Source of the DNA: Candidatus Fermentibacteraceae bacterium
GTDB lineage: Bacteria; Fermentibacterota; Fermentibacteria; Fermentibacterales; JCC-6
Assembly: GCA_041686025.1 (NCBI GenBank)
Contig: JAWLEP010000046.1
Span: forward strand, 1-12,229
Length of the DNA stretch: 12,229 nt
Direction of reading: 5' to 3'
A model generated the notes under the pieces. That model had not been told where the DNA came from, did no database searches, and saw only the letters and a list, made by a program, of their open reading frames with translations. How positions within the stretch are numbered: position 1 is the stretch's first letter; the number at the start of each line of letters is the position of its first letter. Shown in pieces: positions 1 to 7,743 of the stretch. The position numbers were made by a program, and so were the translations under genes.

Positions 1-35
1 GTCTCTATCAGCTTCTCCCTGTTGCCGGTAGCCAT
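1..35 (-). CDS. 5' end of a probable TetR/AcrR-family transcriptional regulator (runs off the window edge)
   Basis: ATG at 35-33 after a G-rich RBS-like stretch; reads MATGNREKLIE..., resembling the first helix of TetR-family proteins (xRExLIxxA); TetR-type palindromes lie directly upstream. Only 11 codons are visible. Confidence 0.5.
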   Translation of the reverse strand, partial: MATGNREKLIE

Positions 36-55
36 TCGCCCCCCGCTCCCCGGAA

Positions 56-91
56 CTTACTTTCCGGTAAGTAATCTTACTGACCGGTAAG
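56..91. promoter_or_regulatory. Two tandem palindromic operator sites CTTAC-N6-GTAAG
   Basis: 56-71 CTTACtttccgGTAAG and 76-91 CTTACtgaccgGTAAG, 20-bp period, located between the promoter and the start codon at 35. Confidence 0.75.
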
Positions 92-92
92 T

Positions 93-120
93 AACATACG
101 CGAGCGAAGAGAATCGTCAA
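93..120 (-). promoter_or_regulatory. sigma70-type promoter for the edge gene
   Basis: Minus strand TTGACG (120-115), 16-bp spacer, TATGTT (98-93); the expected start site falls in the second operator. Confidence 0.6.
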
Positions 121-240
121 CCCCGACCGCAGCAAAGTCGCCTTACATCCAATCCCCCCACTAAAAAGGGGACGGAGGTATTTTAACTCAAATTCGCGGA
201 TAGTCCGACTCGGAAAGGGACGGACCGGGCCCGAAGTCCT

Positions 241-939
241 CTAATCCTCCCCGTCTCCGTGGACCATGGGAACGAAGCGGACGGGGATGTCCTCCCGGAC
301 CTCCATGCCGTCCTCGGTCTTCCGGAGGGTGACCAGCCTCTGCATGCCGTCTCCATCGCCCAGGGGGAGGATCATCCTGCCCCCTCCGGCGAGCTGGTCC
401 ACCAGGGCCTCGGGGACCTCGTCGGGGGAGCAGGTGACTATGACGGCATCGAAGGGGGCGTGCTCGGGCCATCCCAGGTAGCCGTCGCCGGTGAGCACGT
501 GCACGTCCTCGTAGCCCTGCTCCTCCAGCACCCGCCGGGCGTGGTCGGCCAGCTCGGGGATGATCTCTATGGTGTAGACCTCGGCCCCCATCTCGGCCAG
601 TACAGCGGCCTGGTATCCGGAGCCGGTGCCTATCTCCAGTATCTTCTCTCCGGGCCGGGGGGATATGTACTGGGTCATGTAGGCGACTATGTAGGGCTGG
701 GAGATGGTCTGGCCGTGGCCTATGGGGCAGGCGTGGTCGCCGTAGGGGGCGGTTATGGACCGAAACCTGGCCGGGATGAACAGGTGCCTGGGCACATCGC
801 CCATGACCTCCAGGACGGTGCTGTCGGATATCCCGTAGTCCCGAAGCTGCTGCACCATCCGCTCCCTGGCCTGCTCCATGTCGCCGGCTGCGCAGCCGGC
901 GGCAAGGGCCGCCAGCAGTATTACCAGCAGGGTTCTCAT
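241..939 (-). CDS. pcm: Protein-L-isoaspartate(D-aspartate) O-methyltransferase with N-terminal lipoprotein-type signal peptide
   Basis: Motifs VPRHLF, GQTISQPYIVA, ILEIGTGSGYQAAVLA (SAM binding), GDGYLGWPEHAPFDAVIVT, VRFVPM. ATG at 939 chosen because AGGAGGT lies 7 nt upstream. Confidence 0.95.
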   Translation of the reverse strand: MRTLLVILLAALAAGCAAGDMEQARERMVQQLRDYGISDSTVLEVMGDVPRHLFIPARFRSITAPYGDHACPIGHGQTISQPYIVAYMTQYISPRPGEKILEIGTGSGYQAAVLAEMGAEVYTIEIIPELADHARRVLEEQGYEDVHVLTGDGYLGWPEHAPFDAVIVTCSPDEVPEALVDQLAGGGRMILPLGDGDGMQRLVTLRKTEDGMEVREDIPVRFVPMVHGDGED

Positions 940-1077
940 TGCACCCACCTCCTCTTTGCAGCAGCTCCGTATGCCCTCTCGCCCAGCGGATTGGAGAGCT
1001 TTCGGGGAGTTGCCTTTTAAGATTCCCTTAACATATACGGTTAATGGGTTATGCAGCCCATGGAAAGGGGGTCGGAC

Positions 1078-1281
1078 GTGAGGAAGCTGGGTATGATCGA
1101 CTGGATAGCGCTGATACTGGTGATCATCGGCGCCATCAACTGGGGCATCATGGGGATCGTCGGGGAGGACCTGATCGCTGGGATCATAGGCCTTGGTGCT
1201 ACAATCTCCAACATCATCTACATCGTGGTGGGAGTGGCCGGTCTCTGGAGCCTGATCTTCGTTCTGCCCAAGACCAAGTAG
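1078..1281 (+). CDS. DUF378-family small membrane protein (67 aa)
   Basis: IDWIALILVIIGAINWGIMG...IIYIVVGVAGLW matches the DUF378 pattern (LxIIGAxNWG...IYxxVGxAG); GTG start after GAAGGGGG. Confidence 0.85.
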   Translation: MRKLGMIDWIALILVIIGAINWGIMGIVGEDLIAGIIGLGATISNIIYIVVGVAGLWSLIFVLPKTK

Positions 1282-1288
1282 CCCCCGG

Positions 1289-1302
1289 CGGGGCCGGCCC
1301 CG
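1289..1302. terminator. GC palindrome between convergent stop codons, possible terminator hairpin
   Basis: CGGGGCCGGCCCCG is self-complementary and sits in the 24-bp gap between stops at 1281 and 1306; no U-tract. Confidence 0.35.
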
Positions 1303-1305
1303 GGA

Positions 1306-2439
1306 TCAGCCCAGGGCCGACCCCGCTCTCTTCAGCATCTCGATTATCTCCACGGACTGCGGGCAGGCCTCCTCGCAGGCCCCGCAACACACGCATGCGC
1401 GCGCATCCTTCTCCTCGCCCAGGAAGCCGTACTGCCGCCTGGCCGCTTCCTCGTCCTCGAAGATCTCTGCGGTATCCAGCGCCTCCAGCACCTCCGGTAT
1501 GGCAACTCCCTCCGGGCACGGCATGCAGTAGCGGCAGCCGGTGCATCCGGTGACGGAGCGCTCCCGGAGGATGTCCCCCGCCCGCTCCACCAGCGCCTTC
1601 GTATCCCCCGAGACCAGGCCCGGTCGGGACCGGGCGGCGCTGGCGCAGTTCTCCCTTACCTGCTGCAGGCTGCCCATGCCGCTGAGGACCACGGACACCT
1701 CCGGCTGGCTCCACAGCCACTGCAGCGCCAGGTCCACGTGGCCGTGGCCCAGGTCCGCCTGTTCCAGGGGCTCCTTCACCTCCGGCGGAAGGTCTCCCGC
1801 CAGGAGGCCTCCGCGAAGGGGCTCCATCACCGCAACCCCCACCCCGCGGCCGTGGGCCTCCCGGACACCCCGTGCGCCGGCCTGGTACTCGCGGTCGAGG
1901 TAGTTGTACATCAGCAGAACCTGTGCCCAGTGATCCCATGCCCCCAGGATGCGGAGGAACACCTCTAGGCTGTCATGGAAGGAGAAGCCCAGGCCGCCGA
2001 TCACGCCGTCTGCGATCTTCGCCTCGGCCCATTGCAGCACTCCCAGGCCGGAGAGCCTCCTCCAGTGGCTGTCATTCAGGGCGTGCAGCAGGTAGAGGTC
2101 CACGTGTTCGGTGCGCAGCCTCTGCAGCTGCTCGTCCAGGAAGCGGTCGAAATCACCGGCTTCCTCCACCTTCCAGCTGGGCATCTTCGTTGCCAGAACC
2201 AGGTCCTCCCGGGCCCGCCCATCCAGCACCTCCCCCAGGAAGGACTCGCTCTCCCCCCGGTGGTAGGGATAGGCGGTATCGATGTAGTTGACTCCCAGGC
2301 GGAGCGCCTCCTCCACCATCTCCGCCGCCTCCTCCCGGCGTATGGCGGAAGGGTCGCCGTTCTCGTGGGGAAGCCTCATGGCCCCCAGCCCCAGGGCGCT
2401 GACCCGCAGGCCCGTTCTTCCCAGCTCGGTGTACCTCAA
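1306..2439 (-). CDS. Aldo/keto reductase with C-terminal 4Fe-4S dicluster domain (COG1453-like)
   Basis: LGRTGLRVSALGLGAMRLP, GVNYIDTAYPYH, LATKMP, DLYLLH, MEPLRGG; C-terminal CTGCRYCMPCP and CVCCGACEEACPQ. TTG start 7 nt after the upstream stop. Confidence 0.92.
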   Translation of the reverse strand: MRYTELGRTGLRVSALGLGAMRLPHENGDPSAIRREEAAEMVEEALRLGVNYIDTAYPYHRGESESFLGEVLDGRAREDLVLATKMPSWKVEEAGDFDRFLDEQLQRLRTEHVDLYLLHALNDSHWRRLSGLGVLQWAEAKIADGVIGGLGFSFHDSLEVFLRILGAWDHWAQVLLMYNYLDREYQAGARGVREAHGRGVGVAVMEPLRGGLLAGDLPPEVKEPLEQADLGHGHVDLALQWLWSQPEVSVVLSGMGSLQQVRENCASAARSRPGLVSGDTKALVERAGDILRERSVTGCTGCRYCMPCPEGVAIPEVLEALDTAEIFEDEEAARRQYGFLGEEKDARACVCCGACEEACPQSVEIIEMLKRAGSALG

Positions 2440-2446
2440 TGTGCCA

Positions 2447-5227
2447 TCACTCCCCGCCCGTCCCTTCGAGCATTTCCATGAGATCGTCCATCATGACTTT
2501 CGCGTCCACTTCCCCGGCTTCGGCCCCCGTCCGCTCTAGCAGTCCCCTGGCCCGCTTTCTAACCAGCTCCGTGGTGGAGTCGTGAGCCAGGACGTGGCTC
2601 GCCAGCAGGACTGCATCGTCGGGCCTTCCCCACCGCTCCAGCAGCTCGGCCGCGGCCTGCGCCACCTGGACCAGCAGCGGCTCCCATCCCTTGGACACGG
2701 AGCCCGTGGCGCACCGCCGCAGAAGGCCGGCGGCGTCCTCGAGCTCTCCCCGGCCGATCAGGGCCTCGGCCATGCCCAGGCGGGCCCTGGCCTCCCCCCA
2801 CCTGTTGCCCAGCTCTGCGAACTCCTCCAGGGAACGGGCGTACATCCGCTCCGCCTCCCCCGGCAGCCCCAGCGCGATCTTCACGTCCGCCATTCCCGCC
2901 CGTATCAGGGCCATTCCGAAGACGGCCCCCCGCTCCTCCTCCAGGGAGTAGGCTCGCTGGAGGTTTCTCATGGCCCCCTGAAGGTCGTCCCTCAGCAGGG
3001 CGGTGGCACCCAGGTTGGAGAGGGCCACCGAGACCCCGTGTACGTCGCCCATCTCCTCGAAGAGGTCCGCGCACCGCCGGTATATGCGATCTGCTGCCTC
3101 CAGGTCCTCCTCCTCGCAGGCCAGGTTGGCCAGGTTGTTCAGAGAGCAGGTCTCACCCCACTTGTCCCCTATGGCCACCCGTATCTCCAGGCTCTCCTCC
3201 AGTGCCCTGCGGCTCTCGGGGTAGTTCCCGGAGACGTAGTGCAGGTTGCCCAGGTGGTTGAGGGCCAGGGCCTGGCCCCACCTGTCATCGGAGCCCCTCA
3301 GCAGGGAGACCGACTCTTCGGCCAGACGCAGTGTCTCCCGGTCGTAGGCGCTGTGGCAGCGGAACCAGCTGGCGTAGGTCAGAGCGTATCCGCGTATCCG
3401 CCGCATCCCCGTCCCGCCCTCCAGCATCGCCGCGGCCTCCCCGAAGACGCTCTGGCCCTCTCCGTAGAGGCCCCGGGCGGCGAAGTAGGACTTCACCGAA
3501 TGCACGTAGCGCAGAGCCAGGTCCTCATCCCCATGGTGCAGAGCGCAGCTCCAGCCGGCCATCACATCGTCCAGCCGGGATCCCAGAGTCGCCAGGGCCT
3601 CCTGCTCGTGCCGCTTCATCAGCGGGTCCTGCAGCTCTCGCGCCAGGTCGGCGAAGAGCCTGCAGTGCGCCAGCCGCACCTCGTCCAGGTCCACCCCCAC
3701 GGCTGGGGCCTTCTCCAGGGCGAAGCGCCTGACCAGCCCGTGCAGCCGCAGTCCCTCCGCGGTCCGCCTCAGCAGCGACAGGTCCATGAGCTGAGAGAGC
3801 TCGGAAAGGCCCGCACCGGCCACCCGCCCGGCCTCGGCCCGGTCGAAGCCCCCCCGGAAGACCGCCAGCGAGACCAGCGCCCGGGCGGTGTCCCTTTCCA
3901 GGAGGTCCCATGAGTAGCCGAACACGGCCATGACGCTTCTGTGTCTCGCAGGCAGGCCCCTGACGGCGCCGTCCTCCCGCAGAATGGCGCCCAGGTCCGA
4001 CTCTATGTCCGCCGGGTCCATGAGCCGGGTCCAGGAGGCCGCCAGCTCTATGGCCAGGGGATTGCCCTCCAGGGCCGCGCAGATGCAGCGAACCGACTCC
4101 ATGTCGTCGGCCCCCCAGCCCTCCCCCTGTCCAAGGCGCCGGGCGGAATGCAGGAAGAGCTCCACGCTCTCGAAGCGGCCGCCCCCGGAGCGGCCGTCGC
4201 CGGGCCATCCCAGGCCGTCCAGCTCCATCAGCCGCTCCTCCCGCAGGCCAAGCCTCCAGCGCGAGGTGACCAGTACGGTGACGTCGGGCGTCATCTGCAG
4301 GAGCCTGGCGGGGAAGCCGCAGTCCCGGGCCAGGTGCTCGAAGTTGTCCAGGACCAGCAGGGACGGCCTGCCGGAGAGAGCGGCGGCAATTAGCTCCAGG
4401 CCCTCCTCGCCCCCCTCGGCCCGGATTCCCAGCGCCTCCTCCACCGCCGCGGCCACCAGCTCGGGGGATTCCACCTCTTCCAGCGACACCAGCCAGGTTC
4501 CTCCGGGAAACGCCAGGGCCGTCTCGGCGCCGGCCTGTATGGCCAGGCGGGTCTTCCCGCAGCCGCCGTGGCCGTGGACGGTGACCATCCTGGTGCTTTC
4601 GTCCAGGAGCATCCCGGTGAGCTCGGCCAGCTCCCGCTCCCTGCCCACGAACAGGGTCGCCTGCTCGGGAAGGTTGTTGGGTACGTCGGTGAGGGTCCTC
4701 AGCCGATCCGAGGAGGGCGACGGCATGCCCCCGCCGCGGAGCTCGAAGATCTCCACCGGCGCCTCCAGGTCGCGCAGCCTCTGCGGGCCGTGATCCAGCA
4801 CCTCGACGTCCTGCGGAATCGCGCAGGCATCCATGGCGGCCCGGGAGAGCAGAACCTGCCCGCCGCTGCCCGCCTCGGCCACCCGGGCCGCCCTGCTGAC
4901 GCCGGGGCCGAAGTAGTCACCCTCCCTGCGGTCCGCCTCCCCCACATGCAGACCGATGCGGACCCTCAGCGAAACGTCCTCGTCTTCCCCCAGGGCCGCA
5001 ACTCCGGTCTGTACGCGGACGGCGCAGGCGGCTGCCCCGGAGGGTTCTTCGAAGACACAGAAGAACCCGTCGCCCGTGTGCTTGACCACCCGTCCCCCGC
5101 AGTCCCCAACGGTTTCGGAGACCAGCTCGTCATGCCGGGGAAGCAGGCGCTTCATCAGCTCCGGGGACCGCTGCCAGAGAACCGTGGAGCCCTCTATGTC
5201 GGTGAACATGAACAGACGGAGAGTCAC
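2447..5227 (-). CDS. Class III adenylate/guanylate cyclase - STAND (NB-ARC-like) ATPase - TPR protein
   Basis: Cyclase motifs FMFTDIEGST, VKHTGDGF, RVRIGLHVG, DYFG...RAAR, GGQVLLS; Walker A GHGGCGKT; Walker B LLVLDNFEH; GNPLAIELAA; TPR units ALNHLGNL, SLNNLANL, ALSNLGAT. Confidence 0.9.
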   Translation of the reverse strand: MTLRLFMFTDIEGSTVLWQRSPELMKRLLPRHDELVSETVGDCGGRVVKHTGDGFFCVFEEPSGAAACAVRVQTGVAALGEDEDVSLRVRIGLHVGEADRREGDYFGPGVSRAARVAEAGSGGQVLLSRAAMDACAIPQDVEVLDHGPQRLRDLEAPVEIFELRGGGMPSPSSDRLRTLTDVPNNLPEQATLFVGRERELAELTGMLLDESTRMVTVHGHGGCGKTRLAIQAGAETALAFPGGTWLVSLEEVESPELVAAAVEEALGIRAEGGEEGLELIAAALSGRPSLLVLDNFEHLARDCGFPARLLQMTPDVTVLVTSRWRLGLREERLMELDGLGWPGDGRSGGGRFESVELFLHSARRLGQGEGWGADDMESVRCICAALEGNPLAIELAASWTRLMDPADIESDLGAILREDGAVRGLPARHRSVMAVFGYSWDLLERDTARALVSLAVFRGGFDRAEAGRVAGAGLSELSQLMDLSLLRRTAEGLRLHGLVRRFALEKAPAVGVDLDEVRLAHCRLFADLARELQDPLMKRHEQEALATLGSRLDDVMAGWSCALHHGDEDLALRYVHSVKSYFAARGLYGEGQSVFGEAAAMLEGGTGMRRIRGYALTYASWFRCHSAYDRETLRLAEESVSLLRGSDDRWGQALALNHLGNLHYVSGNYPESRRALEESLEIRVAIGDKWGETCSLNNLANLACEEEDLEAADRIYRRCADLFEEMGDVHGVSVALSNLGATALLRDDLQGAMRNLQRAYSLEEERGAVFGMALIRAGMADVKIALGLPGEAERMYARSLEEFAELGNRWGEARARLGMAEALIGRGELEDAAGLLRRCATGSVSKGWEPLLVQVAQAAAELLERWGRPDDAVLLASHVLAHDSTTELVRKRARGLLERTGAEAGEVDAKVMMDDLMEMLEGTGGE

Positions 5228-5395
5228 ACGCGCACTCCAAGAGCCGCTGGCAGTCGCCGGCCCGGAAGCCGCCGTTTCCCGCAGGGTGCCGATCCGAAGC
5301 GCATCGAGAAAACCTCCATGTGCGATATCTCAGGAAGCCAGCGGTAGAAGATACAACCGCCGCAACCGCGGCCAAAGAGCCGCCGGTGAGGTGGG

Positions 5396-5424
5396 TTGCC
5401 ACAAGTGCCTGCTGCGTATAACAT
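5396..5424 (+). promoter_or_regulatory. sigma70-type promoter for the propeller gene
   Basis: TTGCCA (5396-5401), 17-bp spacer, TAACAT (5419-5424) in an AT-rich patch; RBS GGAGGG at 5447-5452 precedes ATG 5462. Confidence 0.5.
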
Positions 5425-5461
5425 ATGCACATGGTATACATTTCACGGAGGGATCCCTGAC

Positions 5462-7666
5462 ATGAGAAGAGGCACTACCTTGTTTCTCGCGGTGGTTCTT
5501 CTGGCGTTCACGGCCCAGGCGGCCTGGGAGTGCATCGGCCCCGAGGGGGGCCCGATAACCCACCTGGCCCGCTCAACCGTGGACGACCAGACGCTGTACG
5601 CGGTGACGGGAAGCTACCCGTTCAAGCTGCTCCGCTCCCAGGACGAGGGCCAGAACTGGGAGAACGTCGGCTCCTGCAACGGATATCCGTACGGGATGGA
5701 TGTGGGCGCCGACGACGTCATATACGTGGGCGGTTCAGGCGCAACCTACGTATCCACAGACGGCGGCGGGACCTGGAGCACCAACTACCAGAGCTACCAC
5801 TACTTCTACAGCATCGCCGCCGACCCGAACGACCCCGATGTGGCCCACGCCTCAGGGTACGTCTACGACTCCGGGGACTACAGCATGGCGGCGATGACCA
5901 CTACCGACGGCGGCAGCAGCTGGACTACCACTGAGCTGGAGTCCGACGCCCGCGGCCGCTGCGTGGCGGTCTCCTGCGCCGACCCGGACCGCGTCCTTGC
6001 AGGCGGCTACATCACCACGTCCTACACGCCCGCCCTCTACCTCTCCACGAACGGGGGCGCCAGCTGGACGGACGTCACCCCGGCAGGCAGCTCCGGAGAC
6101 TACTACATGCAGTCGGTGGGCTTCCATCCCACCGACCCCGACATCGCGCTGGCGGGCACCTACTACGGCGTGTACCGCACCACGAACTGCGGCGCGAGCT
6201 GGACCGAGACCCAGAGCCAGTACTACAACTACACCATGGACTACAGCCCCGCCGATGCGGACGTTGTGCTCTGTGGCGGCTACAACGGCGTCTACCGCAG
6301 CACCGACGGAGGCCTGGGGTGGAACCAGTACTCCTCCGGGCTGACTGGCAACTACTTCGACGCCGCCGAGGTCAGTCCCGTCGACGCGACTCTGGCCTAC
6401 GTGGGCAACGACGAGGGTTTCTTCCGCTCCACCGACACCGGCGTCACCTGGGAGGCCTCCAACTCGGGCATAATCGTGGGAGAGGTGCTGGCCTACTGCT
6501 GGGACGACGCCTCGTCCACCCTCTACAAGTCCATGGTGGACCTGGGCATCTACAAGACCGACAGCTACGGCTCCGGCTGGGAGCAGATGACCATGCCCCT
6601 GGCCTGCGGGGACGTCTGCGGAATAGCGGTGTCCCCCACGGACCCGGACGTGATACTCGCTCTCGAGGGGGACGGTTGAGGCGACGCACAGCTCTTCAAG
6701 AGCACAGACGGAGGTTCCGTCTGGAACGAGATCGACAGCTACTACACCGACGGCTCCTACATGGTCTCCCATCCCGCCGACCCCGACATCTACTGGACCG
6801 CCGGACGCAACTACAACGGCTCGCAGTACGTGATAGAGGCCAGCAGGACTGATGACGGCGGATCGACCTGGACCCGATACAGCCTCGGCTCCGCCTACGG
6901 CGACGCCTACCACATGGCCATCGATTCCTCCGACCCCCAGCGGGTGTACGTGGCCGGCTACGAGAACAGCTCCGCCGCGCTCTACAGGACCGACAACGGA
7001 GGCTCCACCTGGTCGGGGCCCTCGGCCAGCGGGCTGGGAGGGCACGTCTACAAACTGGCCATAGACCCCGTGGACCCCTCGATACTCTACGCCGCCACCA
7101 GCCAGGGGGTTTACGGGTCCACCGACTACGGCGAAAGCTGGAGCCAGGTGCGCAGCGGAGGCGCCACAGCCGTCTGCGTCGACCCCGACGACCACACCAC
7201 GGTCTACGCCGGCACCAGCGGAGCCGGGATCTACGTCAGCTACGACAGCGGCTCCAGCTGGGAGGAGTTCAACGAGGGCCTCACCGAGGCCGCGATAAGC
7301 TGCCTGGCGGACGTGCCCGGTCAGTACCTCTTCGCCGGCACCGAGGGCAGCGCCAGCTATCGATGGGGCGGGACGGGCACCGAAGAGAGGCAGACGCCCA
7401 CGCCCTCTCCCTTCGCTCTGAGGGTGTTCCCCAACCCCTGCCGCGGCACCGCGTCCATCGCCTACTCCATACCGCAGAGGCAGGCGGTTACCCTATCGGT
7501 CTACGACTGCGCGGGAAGGCTTGTCTCCACCCTCAGGAGGGGCACCAACAGCCCGGGCAGCCACACCGAGGCATGGTCGGCCGAAGGCCTGCAGCCGGGG
7601 ATGTACATGGTGCTGCTTCAGGGAGAGAGCTCTTCGGAGACCGCCAAGCTGATACTGACCGAATAG
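5462..7666 (+). CDS. Secreted Asp-box (BNR/VPS10/GH74-like) beta-propeller protein with C-terminal T9SS/FlgD-Ig sorting domain; one in-frame TGA at codon 406 (candidate selenocysteine)
   Basis: Signal peptide MRRGTTLFLAVVLLAFTAQA; 13 Asp-box-like motifs (S/T-x-D/N-x-G-x-x-W), 8 before and 5 after the TGA; frame stays open across 6680-6760 (GDAQLFKSTDGGSVWNEIDSYYTDGSY); C-terminus LRVFPNP...LSVYDCAGRLV...PGMYMV...KLIL. Confidence 0.8.
6705..6723 (+). promoter_or_regulatory. Candidate bacterial SECIS hairpin
   Basis: CAGACGGA-GGT-TCCGTCTG: perfect 8-bp stem with GGU apical loop; 33 nt lie between the TGA (6677-6679) and the loop. Confidence 0.6.
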
Positions 7667-7676
7667 CAATATCGAA

Positions 7677-7712
7677 AGGAAGGGCGGCTGTCGCACGACG
7701 GCCGCCCATCCT
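7677..7712. terminator. Intrinsic terminator between convergent genes (U-rich tail on the minus strand; possibly bidirectional)
   Basis: GGGCGGCTGTC-GCAC-GACGGCCGCCC (7682-7707, one wobble/mismatch), extendable by AGGA/TCCT; on the minus strand the stem is followed by TTCCTTTCG. Confidence 0.75.
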
Positions 7713-7743
7713 GTACGAAGGGCTCAGTACCCCCAGTTCTTCC

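Noticed and set aside
56..95. CRISPR-like repeat
   Set aside because: Only two adjacent 20-bp units with no spacer and no cas genes; better explained as operators.
5341..5373. Possible structured RNA in the divergent intergenic region (GCGGT...ACCGC, CAACCGC x2)
   Set aside because: Only 5-7-bp matches in GC-rich DNA; no riboswitch or ncRNA consensus recognised.
5396..5461. Track start at TTG 5396 for the propeller gene
   Set aside because: The extension overlaps the predicted promoter; ATG 5462 has an RBS and begins a clean signal peptide.
6677..6679. Genome-wide UGA reassignment (genetic code 4 or 25)
   Set aside because: TGA ends five genes here at natural C-termini (stops at 1306, 2447, 7744, 9935, 11188), TGG is used for Trp, and the DNA is GC-rich.
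5852..7195. 447-aa antisense ORF spanning the TGA
   Set aside because: Val/Gly-rich mirror of the sense codon bias; no recognisable motifs.
5630..7262. Recurrent nucleotide motifs such as ACCGACGGCGG...CTGG as a DNA repeat array
   Set aside because: They encode the protein's Asp-box repeats and vary at synonymous sites.
6761..7666. Independent 301-aa gene starting at ATG 6761
   Set aside because: No evident RBS or signal peptide, begins mid-repeat, and the upstream in-frame sequence continues the Asp-box pattern.
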